In this document: positions 15,643-28,802 of the stretch, piece by piece | Numbering within the stretch: position 1 is the first letter of the stretch | Layout of the letters: the number at the start of each line of letters is the position of its first letter | Assembly (NCBI RefSeq): GCF_009914755.1 | Contig: NC_060930.1 | Direction: 5' to 3' (one strand) | DNA: 64,000 nt | Source: the human T2T-CHM13v2.0 reference genome, Homo sapiens | The notes under the pieces: model-generated | Told to the model about the DNA's origin: nothing | Database searches by the model: none | Seen by the model: only the letters and a program-made list of their open reading frames with translations | Position numbers and translations under genes: made by a program

Positions 15643-18600
15643 ATATTGGACCCAATAATTTCTAAGATAATCACAATCTCTGAAATACAGTACAGTGTAT
15701 CAGAATAATGAACAAGTACTAGAATGGGAATGCATAGGAAATCCAAGATTGACGGGTATCATATTACATGAAGTTAATATTTTCACTTTTGGGTGCCTAT
15801 ACATCAGAAAACCATGATAAACATATTGGTAAACAGATTTTTTCCTTCACCTTCATTTTATTCCGAAAGAGTACAATGCCCTTAAGTGTACTAAAAGAAC
15901 CAAAAATGTTAAGTAGGACATTTAATCCACCCGTTTCCTTTGCAAGAATGAAGACAGAAAGGAGATAAAACTAATGTTCCAATTTTCACTGTAACAGATA
16001 TAAGTTTTACCATAGTCTAAAAGAACTATAAGTAAAATGATAATTGACAGCTAATAGACTCAGATATTTTAAAAATCATTTAGCATGTAGAAACTCTGAA
16101 AATACAACAGTATCCCTTGATTGATTGATGGGATAATTGAATATAGGTTTTAAAGATATATAAATTGATTATTAAAAACTGATTTCAAAACTTGTACATT
16201 CAAAATAATGAACTTATGAAATCGATTTACTATTTTTAGCTAAAGGGGGTTGCCATTAATTTAGCTTTTGCTAAATTAGCTAAATAGAAGGATATTTACA
16301 GATTTTAAAATTGTTTATATTGAAAATGCTTAATTTAGGTCTACCAGTGATTTTTTTTTGGTATAATATCTTGAACTCTGCCAGGAATTCACTTGTGGAA
16401 AGAAATAAGCATTAGAGAAGATTAAGCTAGAGATTGGCTTGAAATTTATAAACTGAGGAAGAAGATCCACTGGGGAATCAATTCACCCCCTAGAGATACT
16501 AAGAAAATAGCTGGGGAGGCTGTGCTCAGAGTGCAAGAGGCATGGCATTCTGCTCAGCCATAATTCTCATAATGGCTAAGCAGGAATCTTTAGATGGGCA
16601 GCAGCTGCAATTTTGATCCCTTGAATTTTTATCTTTCAGGCTTTTAAGTCCAAGGTCATCTAGTGGACACATAGAGTTTAATGAATACAACACTCAATTG
16701 ATAAATATATTAATGAGTATATACAGGAAACACCAGAAAAGTCTGGATTCAGAATTATAAGTTAACATTATATTCTCAGTTACCTTAGGTAACTGTTATT
16801 GGGTTATTGGGTTGTTATAGGAACTTGTAGGGACTATGTGTTTCTATGTGCTGTCTGCCCATGAAGAAATTATTTTTTGGTAGAGATTAGGAAGTGTGGG
16901 GAAAGATCAGATAGAAGAATTACTTGAAGGAGAAATATATATAATAAGTTGGGGATAGTTGTAAGAGCTTATTATAAGGTGCATAATTTAATGTAATTAT
17001 CCCAAGTGTTAACCAAGAAATGTTAAGATATTCACCAAGTGATAACAAGAACAGAGAAAAGGTAAATTACTCTGAAGAAAATTAACCTGATTGCTTAAAA
17101 GGTAGAAATTCTGAATATAATCAAATGATATGTCATTAGACATATCATGTCTAATGACATATCACATGTACATAAAATGCATAAAATACCCAAAGAGAAG
17201 AATAAATATCACGTATTAGTGTATGTTCATTGAAAACAGGTAGTTGTCAGATGAAAATCATAAATGTATTTTTCAATAAAGGAAAAAACAAGGTGGACTA
17301 ACGAGTGTGAAAGTTTTGGAACTAACTGGATATCAAACAAGGATTTCTCAAGGGCTAGGAAAGAGAAAGAAAGATTCAGAAAGCACACAAGTGAGAAAAG
17401 AAATGAGCATTTATATAGAGAGGAGATGAACGAGCCCAGGGAAGGCTGTCATAAAATACACATTGCATAATGCATGATGGATCAGTTCTATTATTTAACT
17501 TTCTAAAAGATGTAACAATACAGAGATATGCCAACCATCATAGTCAGCATTAATTTACAGCGGGAGAAATAATTAGAATCTCACTTTTTCTGAAAAATGG
17601 AGTGAAAATGTAAACAATGCTTCCCTCCAGGCAAGTGCTTTATCAAGTTGACAGGTGCATTTGAATTTCCATGGGTGGGGGATATAATAGGTTATTTATG
17701 TGTCATTTTAATAGAAAGACCCAACCATCAAGATGGACAGCAGACTTTATCAGTACTGCTGTTTGCAACTAATCCTCCAATTTAGTACCCCATGAAAATA
17801 CCTGCAACAAAACCTGTCCATTTTTCTTTTACACTCCATTATGGAAAAATCAATATGGGTGCTATTCATCGCAAATCTCCTGCTTGGTGGGTGCCTGAGA
17901 CACAGAATGTGAAAAAACCTGACACTTCAGCACTCTGTGTGGCAAAGCCCATTGCTTATGATTTTATTTTGTCACATTCTACCACCCAGAATGGCCCATT
18001 TGGCCTAGTATATGTTCCAGAATCTAATAGAGATCAGCCAGAGACGCTGGATCTGATTACTGTAAGGGCAATTCATCTGGAGTTAGTTTTAGAGCTCAGA
18101 CCAGGAGCTGGCTGACTTTCAAACTAGATAGATTTACTTTTTATCTGTTTTTTATCAAATAGTGAATAATAACTCATAAATTCAGTAAATAATAATTCAA
18201 TCAAACCATACATAAACTACACAATAATGAATACTTCACTATTTAACCAAGTCATTGAAAACATATTCTGACTACCTATTGTCCAGGAAAGTGGTCTTTG
18301 TTTATCTTCCAACTCTCCTAGGCCAAGCTTAATATTCAAAACAAGATGTTAACTGGGAAACAATTCTACTACATCCCAAAATAAATATGTATGAATAGAA
18401 TGTCATAGAGTTCATGACTGTCAACTACAAAGCCATCCCGGACTAATTATCCAAAGGCTCAAAATTCAACACCTTCCCCACAAAAGCACCTTAAAGGCAG
18501 AACGTTTATTTGATTTATCTTTGTTTTCCTCCAAATCACTAAAATTATGTTTGCCTAGTATTTATTAGATGAATGAGTATTTAACAAAGTTCATATATTT

Positions 18601-20469
18601 ATTCTTGCTATATGCTAGCAAAAGCTAGATTATAGAATAATATCCCCCAAACCCCAAACAACTCATAAATGATTCTTAGCCATCAGTCTTTTAATTGATC
18701 TAAATTTAGATCAATTGACTATACTGCATGAAGCTCTTGGGCAGATCTGACAGACTGGTTCACTCAACATATACTCCAGACACTAACCATGTGCCTTCTA
18801 GGAATACAGGAGAGGAAAACCTAAGACTGTATTTCTCAGATTCCCTCTTAGCCATGATCTGCCTTTATTTCTTTCTTTCTTAAACTATCCATGGGATTTC
18901 TGTTCTCTGCAACAAGTTATCCGAGGGCTGCCCCAAGATTTTTTGCCCATTAAGTGATAAACCATCATTCCCATTTTTGAAATCATAGTTTTTTATGTCA
19001 TTTTTGACTTAAAGGTTGGAATTCAAAAAATTATCAGCTCATAGTATCTCCTCATTAGCAACTTCCCTTACTTTAATTACTTCCTAAAAATCAAGGTGCT
19101 ATATTTTATCAGTGCCTTTCTTCCATCATAAGGTATCTACACATCTGCAAGCATTATCAGAAATAAGCTGATGTCATTTACTATTACTCATTGCCTCAAT
19201 TAAATATTGCGTACCCTATTGTATTCCAGGCACATCCAAAAGCATGTTATGTGAATAAGGACAGCATTGATAAAAAGAAAACTTTCTTCAAAATATGCAT
19301 TATTTCCATGATGTTTGATGTTGGAGCAAAGCAAGCAACCTCACATATACAGGCTTTTCCTGTGTTGTTGTGGAGAGGAGTGATCTGGAGCATGGTCTTA
19401 TGAGACCTGTTGATCACATTTGATATACGCAGAACAGCTGTGCCAAAGGGCCAGAAGAAATTTATCAGTGCACTCTTTTTATTGGGCTAAATTCTAAGGA
19501 CTATTTGCTTCCAACACTTCCTCAGGTGACAATAAAACTGATTCATTTGGAGGCAAATAAATCCTCTGATATAAACAAACTCTTTGAGAAGTGTTGTTAC
19601 CTCTGAAACTTTTTGATATGTAGAAATGTCTCATATCATATAAACATACATATTTTTTTCAAAGGTTATATATATGCTTCTAAACCATACCAAGCAATTG
19701 GGCAATTAATTGTAACTGTTATTCTGCTCTATGATTGTTTTATGTGTTTAATTTTTGTCTTACACTCCTGGCTAGTAAGCTTCTTTACTACATACTTTAT
19801 ATGTCTTTATATCCTCCAAGGTATTTACTGCAGAGCTGGACAGAGCAAACGGCTCAATTAATGCCAGATTCACTGTCAAGGATATTTGGAACTTTCAATG
19901 ATTTTTTTTTTAAAGAGTCAAGCAGGTTCATAGTTCCGTAATGTCTTATTAGTAGGATTTTAGTTTCATTGACCCCTTGCAATGACCTGCAGAAGCTCCT
20001 TCATTAATGAGCCAAAATTGCACATTCAAAACACAGCTTCCAGCAATATCAACTGTGTGATCAATGTAACCTTGAAGAAGTCATGGTAACTGCAACAGCA
20101 TTGAGAAAGGGCACTTGATGAAATATAGGGATAGAAGCTTCATTGATTCACAAAAGACTATATCTGTATTTTCATCCATTTTTCAATCATGACTAATGAT
20201 TGAACATTGTTCAATCATTAGATATCTTATCATGCTATACTGCTATATCATGAGATATGTTACCCTGGATTTTCTGTATAATTTTAATCCCTGCCTTTTT
20301 TGTCATGTGACAGATCAATATCATCTGGGTCCAGGTGATGTGATTATTTGTAGGTAGCTGCTATGTTTTATTTTAATGATTATTGGAAAGCATCTGCTCC
20401 TAAGAAAAACTAATCATTTTCATGGAACTATTTTGACATCATTAAGTATAATACAGTGAAAATGAACAC

Positions 20470-20650
20470 TTACTGGACTCTGACGAGAAAGATCCAGGTT
20501 TGAATGTCATTTTAGTCACTAACATTAAGCTGCCTGAGCCTAAATTTTCCCATTAGGAATATGAAAATTATAGCTTACTTTGGATGGTTATGCAAATATG
20601 AAACATGACAAAATGAGTGAAATTAAGTCTGTAGTTTTGTTTTTATTATT
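20470..20650 (+). mobile_element. MIR remnant
   Basis: Degenerate MIR core (ctgagcctaaattttcccattaggaatatgaaaattatag). Confidence 0.55.
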
Positions 20651-23236
20651 ATCTTGGAATAATTATTCTTTTTAGAAACTAGGTAATTATACTTAAGTAA
20701 TTTCGAAGGGAATATGTTATTAATAATCATAAGCTTCCAAGAACATATAAACATTCAATGCATTACATTTATGTTAGAATTTTGTTTGCAGAATAATTTA
20801 GAGTAAATGTAACAAATATTTATAACCTGATTGTTTTTTTTCTAGGCAGGATTCCAAAATAATCTGAGACTCATTATTTCACTGCTATTGACATGTGATT
20901 TCTTTATATTAGATCTTGGGTTTCCCTCCTTAAAGTAACTGCCACTTCTATGCACATTTCCTCTAAATATGTATCTCAAGATTGAATGTCTCTTATATTT
21001 TGCTTTATATTCTTAGTTGCATGCTGAATGCTGTTTTCCTCTGCTGGAAGCTACCTACCTTGGACCTACATGTGTATGTGCAAAGATCTCCAATGAATAG
21101 CTACATTCAAATTCAGTTTTAAACATATTTTTTAAAATCCTGCTATTATCACCATCAGCTTGGTTGCTTCCAAAATATCTGATTTTTTTTCCTTTCCCTG
21201 ATTTCTCGCCACACTTAAATTCTACATTTCTTTAAAATTTAGAAATTGAGGCCATGGCATGAACGTCATATCTCACCTACTGTGTGGTAGACTTCCTAAG
21301 GACACGCTACCTCATGGTGTCTTCTTATTTCAGGACTTTGGCACATATAGAATGAAATGATAAACAATGTGGTCCTCTTTTATGATTTTTTAAAATTCAT
21401 CCTCTTTCCCCTTTCATATGGGACCATATTTGTTTGAACTATACACTCACACATTCAAGTAGAAACAATGAGAAGGAAAGCTTCATTTTAAAGGCCAAAT
21501 ATCACTTTTGTGTTTCTCTTACTGTACATACTTAAATTCACATTGGAAATAAGATGATTCTTTTCTCTTGGGGAAATAATTTTACTGGACCATTTGTGTA
21601 TTGAAGGGAAAAGTTACGGTTCTTTTTGGAATGAAGTCCTCTAAAAACACGTGAGCAAACTGCTGAGCAAAATAACATCAATTGATGTCTTCATTGTGTC
21701 CAGTTGCATTTTCCAGACTGTTTCCTGTTGGAAAATTTTCTTCATATTTTATCTTCTTGAGTGGCATGGCAGTGAGGGGAGAGGAGATAAGCACTGCTCA
21801 GTTCCTAGTGGGAAAGAACGCTAGCATGGAGGAGCAGCAAGGAGATGTGGCCAAAGGGACACATGGGAAGCTCATGGTCTTCTGAATCTTGAAAAATAAG
21901 CTAAACTACATTAAAAAAAAAAAAAACCACTGATTTGCTTCAATTACCCAGGTTCATATGAACAAACACCAGGAAATGGAGGAAAAAAAGCGTGTTTTGT
22001 CTTCTTGTCGCATAGGGAGAGATAAGTGTCTCTATGTTATATTCTTACACAGATCTTTACAGAGATATTATTCATAAAAACAGGCCAAATTTAATCTTAA
22101 ATTTAGATATTATTCATAAGCACAAGCTAAATTTAATCTTAAATGTAGCCACTTATGAAATTTAAAAAATAGCAGCTGTACTTCAACAATTATCAAGAAA
22201 TAAGAAACTGCATACAGCTAAGATAGCAAAAGACACAGAACCAAGGAAATGGAAAGGAAGACAGAATGCCCAGTGTTTATAAAACACGATGACAGAACCA
22301 ATTAGTAAATGGAAATTCTGGGAATAATAGAAAACAGTATAAATTCTTCTATTGAGAGAGCAGGATTCAGACTAGATTTTTAAAATCGAAATACAAGCTG
22401 CTCTCAAGGAAATAAAAAGCAATGTGAAAAGGTTAATAATAATAGCACTTTTATTTATTGAGTGCTTGCAATGTGCCAAATGCTCTTCTAATTGCTTTAA
22501 CGGGATGCCCTCATCCAATATGTAAGTGGTATTATCGTCGGTTGCTGTTGATTTCTGCTCTTTCTGTCTTTTATTAAGTTATCAAAGTGACCAATAAAGT
22601 ATTCTTGCTCCTGAAGACAAGACATACTAGTCTATGGAGACTAAGTCTTAAACTTCAATAATCCTTTGCATAAGAAGGCCAGCCTGAGGATGAAGCTAAC
22701 ATATAGAGGAGACGCAGAAGAGGAATTTCAAAGAAATGAAGCATGATGAAGAATGAAGTCAAACTCATTTGAGTTGGATTCAGCTAAACGATCCTAACTG
22801 ACTTACTCATTTAGTTAAGGAGGCACAGTTAATATTTAAACTCTGCTAGTTTTTCTCCAAATGTGCACTTACATCTAGTATTACTATACTGAAAAAGATT
22901 CACAAAAGCATAAAAACAGTATGTGTGGAAATTCCAATTGCACACAAAATAGTCTTTGAGGTAAGAAAAAAAAAAATGAATCATTCCATATCCCGCAAAG
23001 GTAAAATCATGGCCCTGATTGCTAATTAGCTCTAGAATTATAAATCCAAAATTCTTACAAATATAGGACAGCCATAATATCATCACAGTAGAACTCCTAA
23101 ACACTCAATTGAGTTTTTGATATTTCAAGTGTTCAAAACAAAGACATAGGTATTTATTAGTATAAATAAGAATTGAATTAATGGATACTCAAAAAAAATC
23201 AAACTGTAAATACCACAAACAGAGGATAAACCTTTT

Positions 23237-23541
23237 TCTTTTTTTTTTTTTTTTTTTTTTTTGAGACAGAGTCTCACTCTGTCGCCCAGGCTGGAGTGCA
23301 GTGGCATAATCTCGCTCACTGCAAGCTCCACCTCCCAGGTTCACACCATTCTCCTGCCTCAGCCTCCCAAGTAGCTGGGACTACAGGCACTCGCCACCAC
23401 ATCCGGCTAATTTTTTGTATTTTTAGAAGAGATAGGGTTTCACCATGTTGGCCAGGATGGTCTCGATCTCCTGACCTCATGATCCACCCACCTCAGCCTC
23501 CCAAAGTGCTGGGATTACAGGCATGAGTCACCGCGCCCAGT
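23237..23541 (-). mobile_element. AluY/Sc-like
   Basis: gcaagctcc, ttcacaccattc, ccaggatggtctcgatctc; TSD ggataaacctttt 23224-23236 / 23542-23554. Confidence 0.96.
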
Positions 23542-23908
23542 GGATAAACCTTTTGCAAGCATACATTGAGCATTTATAGAAATAATCATGTGTTAGACCA
23601 TGAAGGAAAGCCTCAATAAAATTTTCAGTGAAAAATATACAAAACACATACATTCATACAATACAATAAGCTAGGAATTAATCATGTAAATTTAAATGAA
23701 AAGCATAAAACTGTTTGGAAATTTAAAGCATAACACTACAACAACAAATAGCATCTTCTAAATTCACAGTAGGTCAGACAGGAAATCAAAACTACAATTT
23801 TAGAAAATAACAGTCGAAAAACATACACTGAAATATAATTTGTAAATACTTACAGACAGATTGATGAACACAAATGTTTTAAATGCCTAATTTAAAAATC
23901 AAGTAAGA

Positions 23909-24205
23909 GGCTGGGCGCACTGGCTCACACTTGTAATCTCAACACTTTGGGAGGCCGAAGTGGGCAGACCACAAGGTCGGAAGTTCGAGACCAGCCTGGC
24001 CAACATGGCAAAATCCCATCTCTACTAAAAATACAAAAATTATCCTGGCATGGTGGCAGGCACCTATAATCCTAGCTATTCAGGAGGCTGAGGCAGGAGA
24101 ATCGCTCCAATCCCGGGCGGGCGGAGGTTGCAGTGAGCTGAGATCATGCCACTGCACTACAGCCTTGGCAAGAGGGTGAGACTCCATCTCAAAAAAAAAA
24201 AAAAA
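23909..24205 (+). mobile_element. AluS (Sg-like)
   Basis: Full dimer; TSD aa(a/g)aatcaagt(a/t)aga. Confidence 0.95.
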
Positions 24206-25811
24206 AAGAATCAAGTTAGAAAAAAGAACATACTTAAAGAAAATGTAAACAAATATAAAAGTAAAAATCAAATAAATAAAATTTATACATTAAACCATCA
24301 AGGACACGTGTGAACAGGACAAAAGAAGACAGATAATTCTTGTCTAATCTAGGCAAGGGAGGAAAAATAGGTAAAAATAAATGTGATTTAATTTACAAAC
24401 AAGAAAGAGAATGTGTTACATGTAGTGGAAGAAGCTAAGTTCTCTACCAAGTTGTGCCTACTTTCCTCTGGGTTGACAATAATGGGACCCGTTTAGCCAA
24501 TTGGTGCACTAGGATTGCAGAAGTCTATTTACAGAGGGAGCTGAGGAGTGTCTTCAGGAGGTACTCATGCAAAGGAAGGCAGGCCTTGTCCATTAACAAA
24601 GCCTTGGTCAACAGAAAGAACTAGTTCTGGGGATAGCATGGTCTTATTCATCCTGACTTGTCTTCAATTCCGGCCTTGTGTCAATTCAAACTGAAGTCAC
24701 ATGTAGTGCCTCAGGTTTATTTCGAGAGTGTGTTAAACAAGTGCAATGGTCAGGGGGCCACCCCAGACATCTTGAACGAGATTCTTGTCTGCTGTTTCCT
24801 GGGTATCCTTATGAAGAGTGTAATACCAAAGAAGGTAGAAAGTTACCTCTTAAATTCCAATTCTATTAATAATTTTGTGTCTGAGGACATCAGAACTTAT
24901 GAATCTGCATCAGTGATTAGAGGGAATTAGCAGCAATATCAGGAGAAATGGTGTTGGCTAGTAGAAGTAGGCAGACCTAGAGGGAGATACTGGGTTTTGC
25001 AAGAGTGGTACTCAATGGAGAAGACGAGCTGGGTGCACACCTGTCAGCCCCAGAAGGCCAAGGCAGGCAAACAGTAACATCAGGTGCCATGAGTTGACAG
25101 GTCTTGTTTCTGAATACCCAGGACTCCTTGAGGGTATGCAGAAATAACTCACAGCATTGTGGGGGAGGAGGTTATAATGGCAAGAAAGTGTGTACACCAG
25201 ACACATGCAGGTCCTGAAAATGGAGATGTTTTCTATTAATGTAATGACATATAACTCTGTCACTAAATTTGTAAGTCTCAACAAAGATGAAAATCTTCTG
25301 AAAAAATATAAATCTCCCCCAAATGAGCCAAAGAAACAACAAGAAGAAAACTGCAATAACCAAGAAAGAAACTGAACATACTATCAAAATTATTTCAAAA
25401 AGGCTCTATACAAGAGCAATTTGTTAGTGATTACTATATAATATTTTTCAAAAATGAAATTATTCTCATGGTATTTAAATATTTCCTGATCACAGAAAGG
25501 TAATTTTTACAGAAGTAGTATAATCATAAAATCCAAACCAAATATAGATTAAAAAGTAATGATAGCTCCAACTCACCTATTACTAAGTCATATTTTAAAC
25601 CTTAATAATTATTAGGGAAAGTATTTGGTAGTGTAACAAAAGAATTTTCTCTCTCAACCAAGGAGGTTTCGCTTCAAAACACAAAATTATTTCAGTATTG
25701 GTAAATATGTTACCATAGTATCTACATCAATAAGTTGAAAGGAAAATATATTCTGAAACCTCAACAAAATTAAAAAGATATTCAACAATATTCTAAAAAT
25801 ACTCTTCATTA

Positions 25812-26213
<402 letters not shown>

Positions 26214-26806
26214 TTACCTTAAATCAAGAGCCAACATAATTCCCTAGCAACGAAACACAGGAGAGACTTCAATTTAAATTAAAGAGCAAGTAAGTGATAT
26301 TTGATATCACTTGTGCTGTTTAAATGTGTTATAAAATTATGGAAAATTTCATTCAATGAGACATGAACTGAAAAGAAGGAATAAAATCACTGGAGAATAA
26401 GAGGTGGGCAGGAATTGCCTTATTCTTCCAGAAAACTAAAGGGCATAAATAGGAAAAAAAAAAAAAAGGTCTATTTTTGCTTTAGCAGCAGAGTACAAAA
26501 AAGAAATCAGATACAACACAAACATCCTGCTAAATCAGTAATTTTTCTATTTAAGAGAAAAAGCAGTTAAATGATCTAATGTAAATAAAGATTTCATTTA
26601 AAGTAAATTTAAAATAACTAGGGTGTATCTTAAAATGTATCCAATCTATATAAGGAATACAATGCCATTTCCTTGAGAGACTTACAAAAGAAAATATTAA
26701 TTGATTAATATGCTTGGAATACAGAATGCAAGTTATAAATGTTTTGGGGATTAATGTACCTGAATTAGAAGATTATCTTTAAAATAGATTCACAAATTAA
26801 GTTATA

Positions 26807-26918
26807 CAAGCAGTTCTCACCCTACACAGTACTCGGTTAACTAAAACGTATGTATATGAGAGCAAAATCCTTGCTTTGGTATGAATTTCAATTAACTGTG
26901 CCAAGGGAGAACTGCTTT
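26807..26918. mobile_element. Small TcMar-Tigger-type MITE (~112 bp)
   Basis: Terminal inverted repeats caagcagttctc / gagaactgcttt flanked by TA on both sides. Confidence 0.65.
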
Positions 26919-27032
26919 TAGTTTTAAAGCAAATCCCATTAAAATCCTGATGACATTTTTCTTTATAACCCTGACGATATGGTCCTCTTAGTTCACCTAA
27001 AAGAAAAAATAGGCAAGCATATGTAATAACTT

Positions 27033-27210
27033 TCAAGTAGACAGCTGGATCCAAAGTCTGTAGCTTGGGGGAAAAGTCTGGAAAAGTGATATAAATCTGA
27101 GAGCCATCATCACCTAGATGGTGTGTCAAGTCCAGGAAGACAATGTTAAGATTGCTGAGAGTTGACAGGGAGAAGACAACAGGACAACAGTTCTATGGAC
27201 GATGGTCAGA
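27033..27210 (-). repeat. Inverted local duplicate (copy A) of the 30.5-30.9 kb segment
   Basis: Reverse complement aligns with 28585-28763 and 30683-30836. Confidence 0.95.
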
Positions 27211-27350
27211 CATTGACAGTGAGGACTGTATGACTATACACAACAAATTAGGACTTATGACTATAAACAACAAATTAAGAAATATTAAAATATTACAGTC
27301 TATAAGCATTGATAATGGACATGATAAACTAGCCCCCAAATAGGTCCTAG

Positions 27351-27456
27351 TGTGTGTAGGTTATGTATGTATATATGTTTGTGTATATATGTATGTATAT
27401 ATGTTTATGTGTATATATACACACATAAAGGTGTGTGTGTGTGTGTGTGTGTGTGT
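27351..27456. repeat. (TA/TG)n microsatellite
   Basis: Direct reading. Confidence 0.9.
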
Positions 27457-28407
27457 CTATCTTTAATATCAGAGAGAAGCATGACTAATAGAGAAGAGAT
27501 TCTTCACTGGATTCTCATGATACCACACACCAAAATAAATTCCTAGGTATGTCAAAGTTTTAAATGTTTGAAGTAAAGCTATTTTTACAAATTAGCAATG
27601 TTTTTAGACTATTTAATTTTGGAGAGGAAAAAGACTTAAGAATCATAAAAGCAATGAAATTCTGAAAGACTTCAGAAAGAAAAACTTCAGTTACTAAGAA
27701 TTAAAGCTCACTTAAAAAAATCATAGTTCTTACTGAAAGGTCAGTGACAACGGAAAACATGTTTGTAACAAAAAAAATTATAGCAACAGAAAAATAGTAT
27801 AGCTGAGGTCTATAACGATCTCTGATAAATTTTTAAAAATCACTAACAATCAAATACAAAAAAAAAGCAAGTATCATAAGTGAATAATTCACAGAAGAAA
27901 TGCAAATAGGCGTTAAATATGTGGAAAACTTTAGGTTCATAGCAATAAAAAATACAGATTAAGATAATAGCAACTTATTTCAAATTAGCAAAGGTAATTT
28001 TTTTAAAAAAGAATGATGCTCAGTGCTGGCAATGTTGAGTTAGAATGTTTACTTCCCTATGCTGCTAGTGATAATATAAGCTATTGCATTTCTAGAGGGT
28101 AGTTTGATATTAGGTCTTCTAGATTTCTGGATCTTTTGACTCAGTGATCATACTTCCAAAAAATGAACCTAAGAAATGTATCATGTATGTGAACCAAAAA
28201 TTACATATAAAATGTTGTTTATAATTTTTAATGGCGTAAAGTTAAGAGGAAAAGTACTTAGATATTCAATAATGAGAAATAAATTATATCGTTGTTGGTA
28301 CTTCCATACAATGGACTATTATACAAATATTAACATAGTTTCATAGATCCTTTAATAATCCTGGAAAATGCTCTAGGCATATTGGAATATACATATATAT
28401 ATTTCTA

Positions 28408-28802
28408 AGGATTGCCCAAATCACAAACATTCGCAATTTTCTCAATTCTGTGGAATTTTTCTCAACTGAGTATGACTGTGATGAATACCTCTAATATTTT
28501 AAGTCCTTTCCTGGGGAAGATACACTGACATTAGCTATACCATCACGCACATGCCTTTGCTAGTTCCTTTTTCTCTACAAGGCCTCTCACCATCATCCAC
28601 AGAACTGTTGTCCTGTTGTCTTCTCCCTGTCAACTCTCAGCTCTCTCTTAATATTGTCTTCCTGGACTTGACACACCATCTAGGTGATGGTGGCTCTCAG
28701 ATTTATATCACTTTTCCAGACTTTCCCCCAAGCTACAGACTTTGGATCCAACTGTCTATTTGACAACTGCACATTGACATCCATTAGGCATCTCAAATTT
28801 AA
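28408..28802 (+). repeat. Direct local duplicate (copy B) of 30492-30875
   Basis: Collinear from aaatcacaaacatt to attaggca..caaatttaa. Confidence 0.95.

Noticed and set aside
17792-18115. 107-aa ATG-initiated ORF in unique sequence
   Set aside because: No recognisable protein similarity or promoter/splice context; length within chance expectation
24421-25200. GC-richer block inside the decayed L1, possibly an old ERVL/MaLR LTR
   Set aside because: Could not assign family or boundaries with confidence
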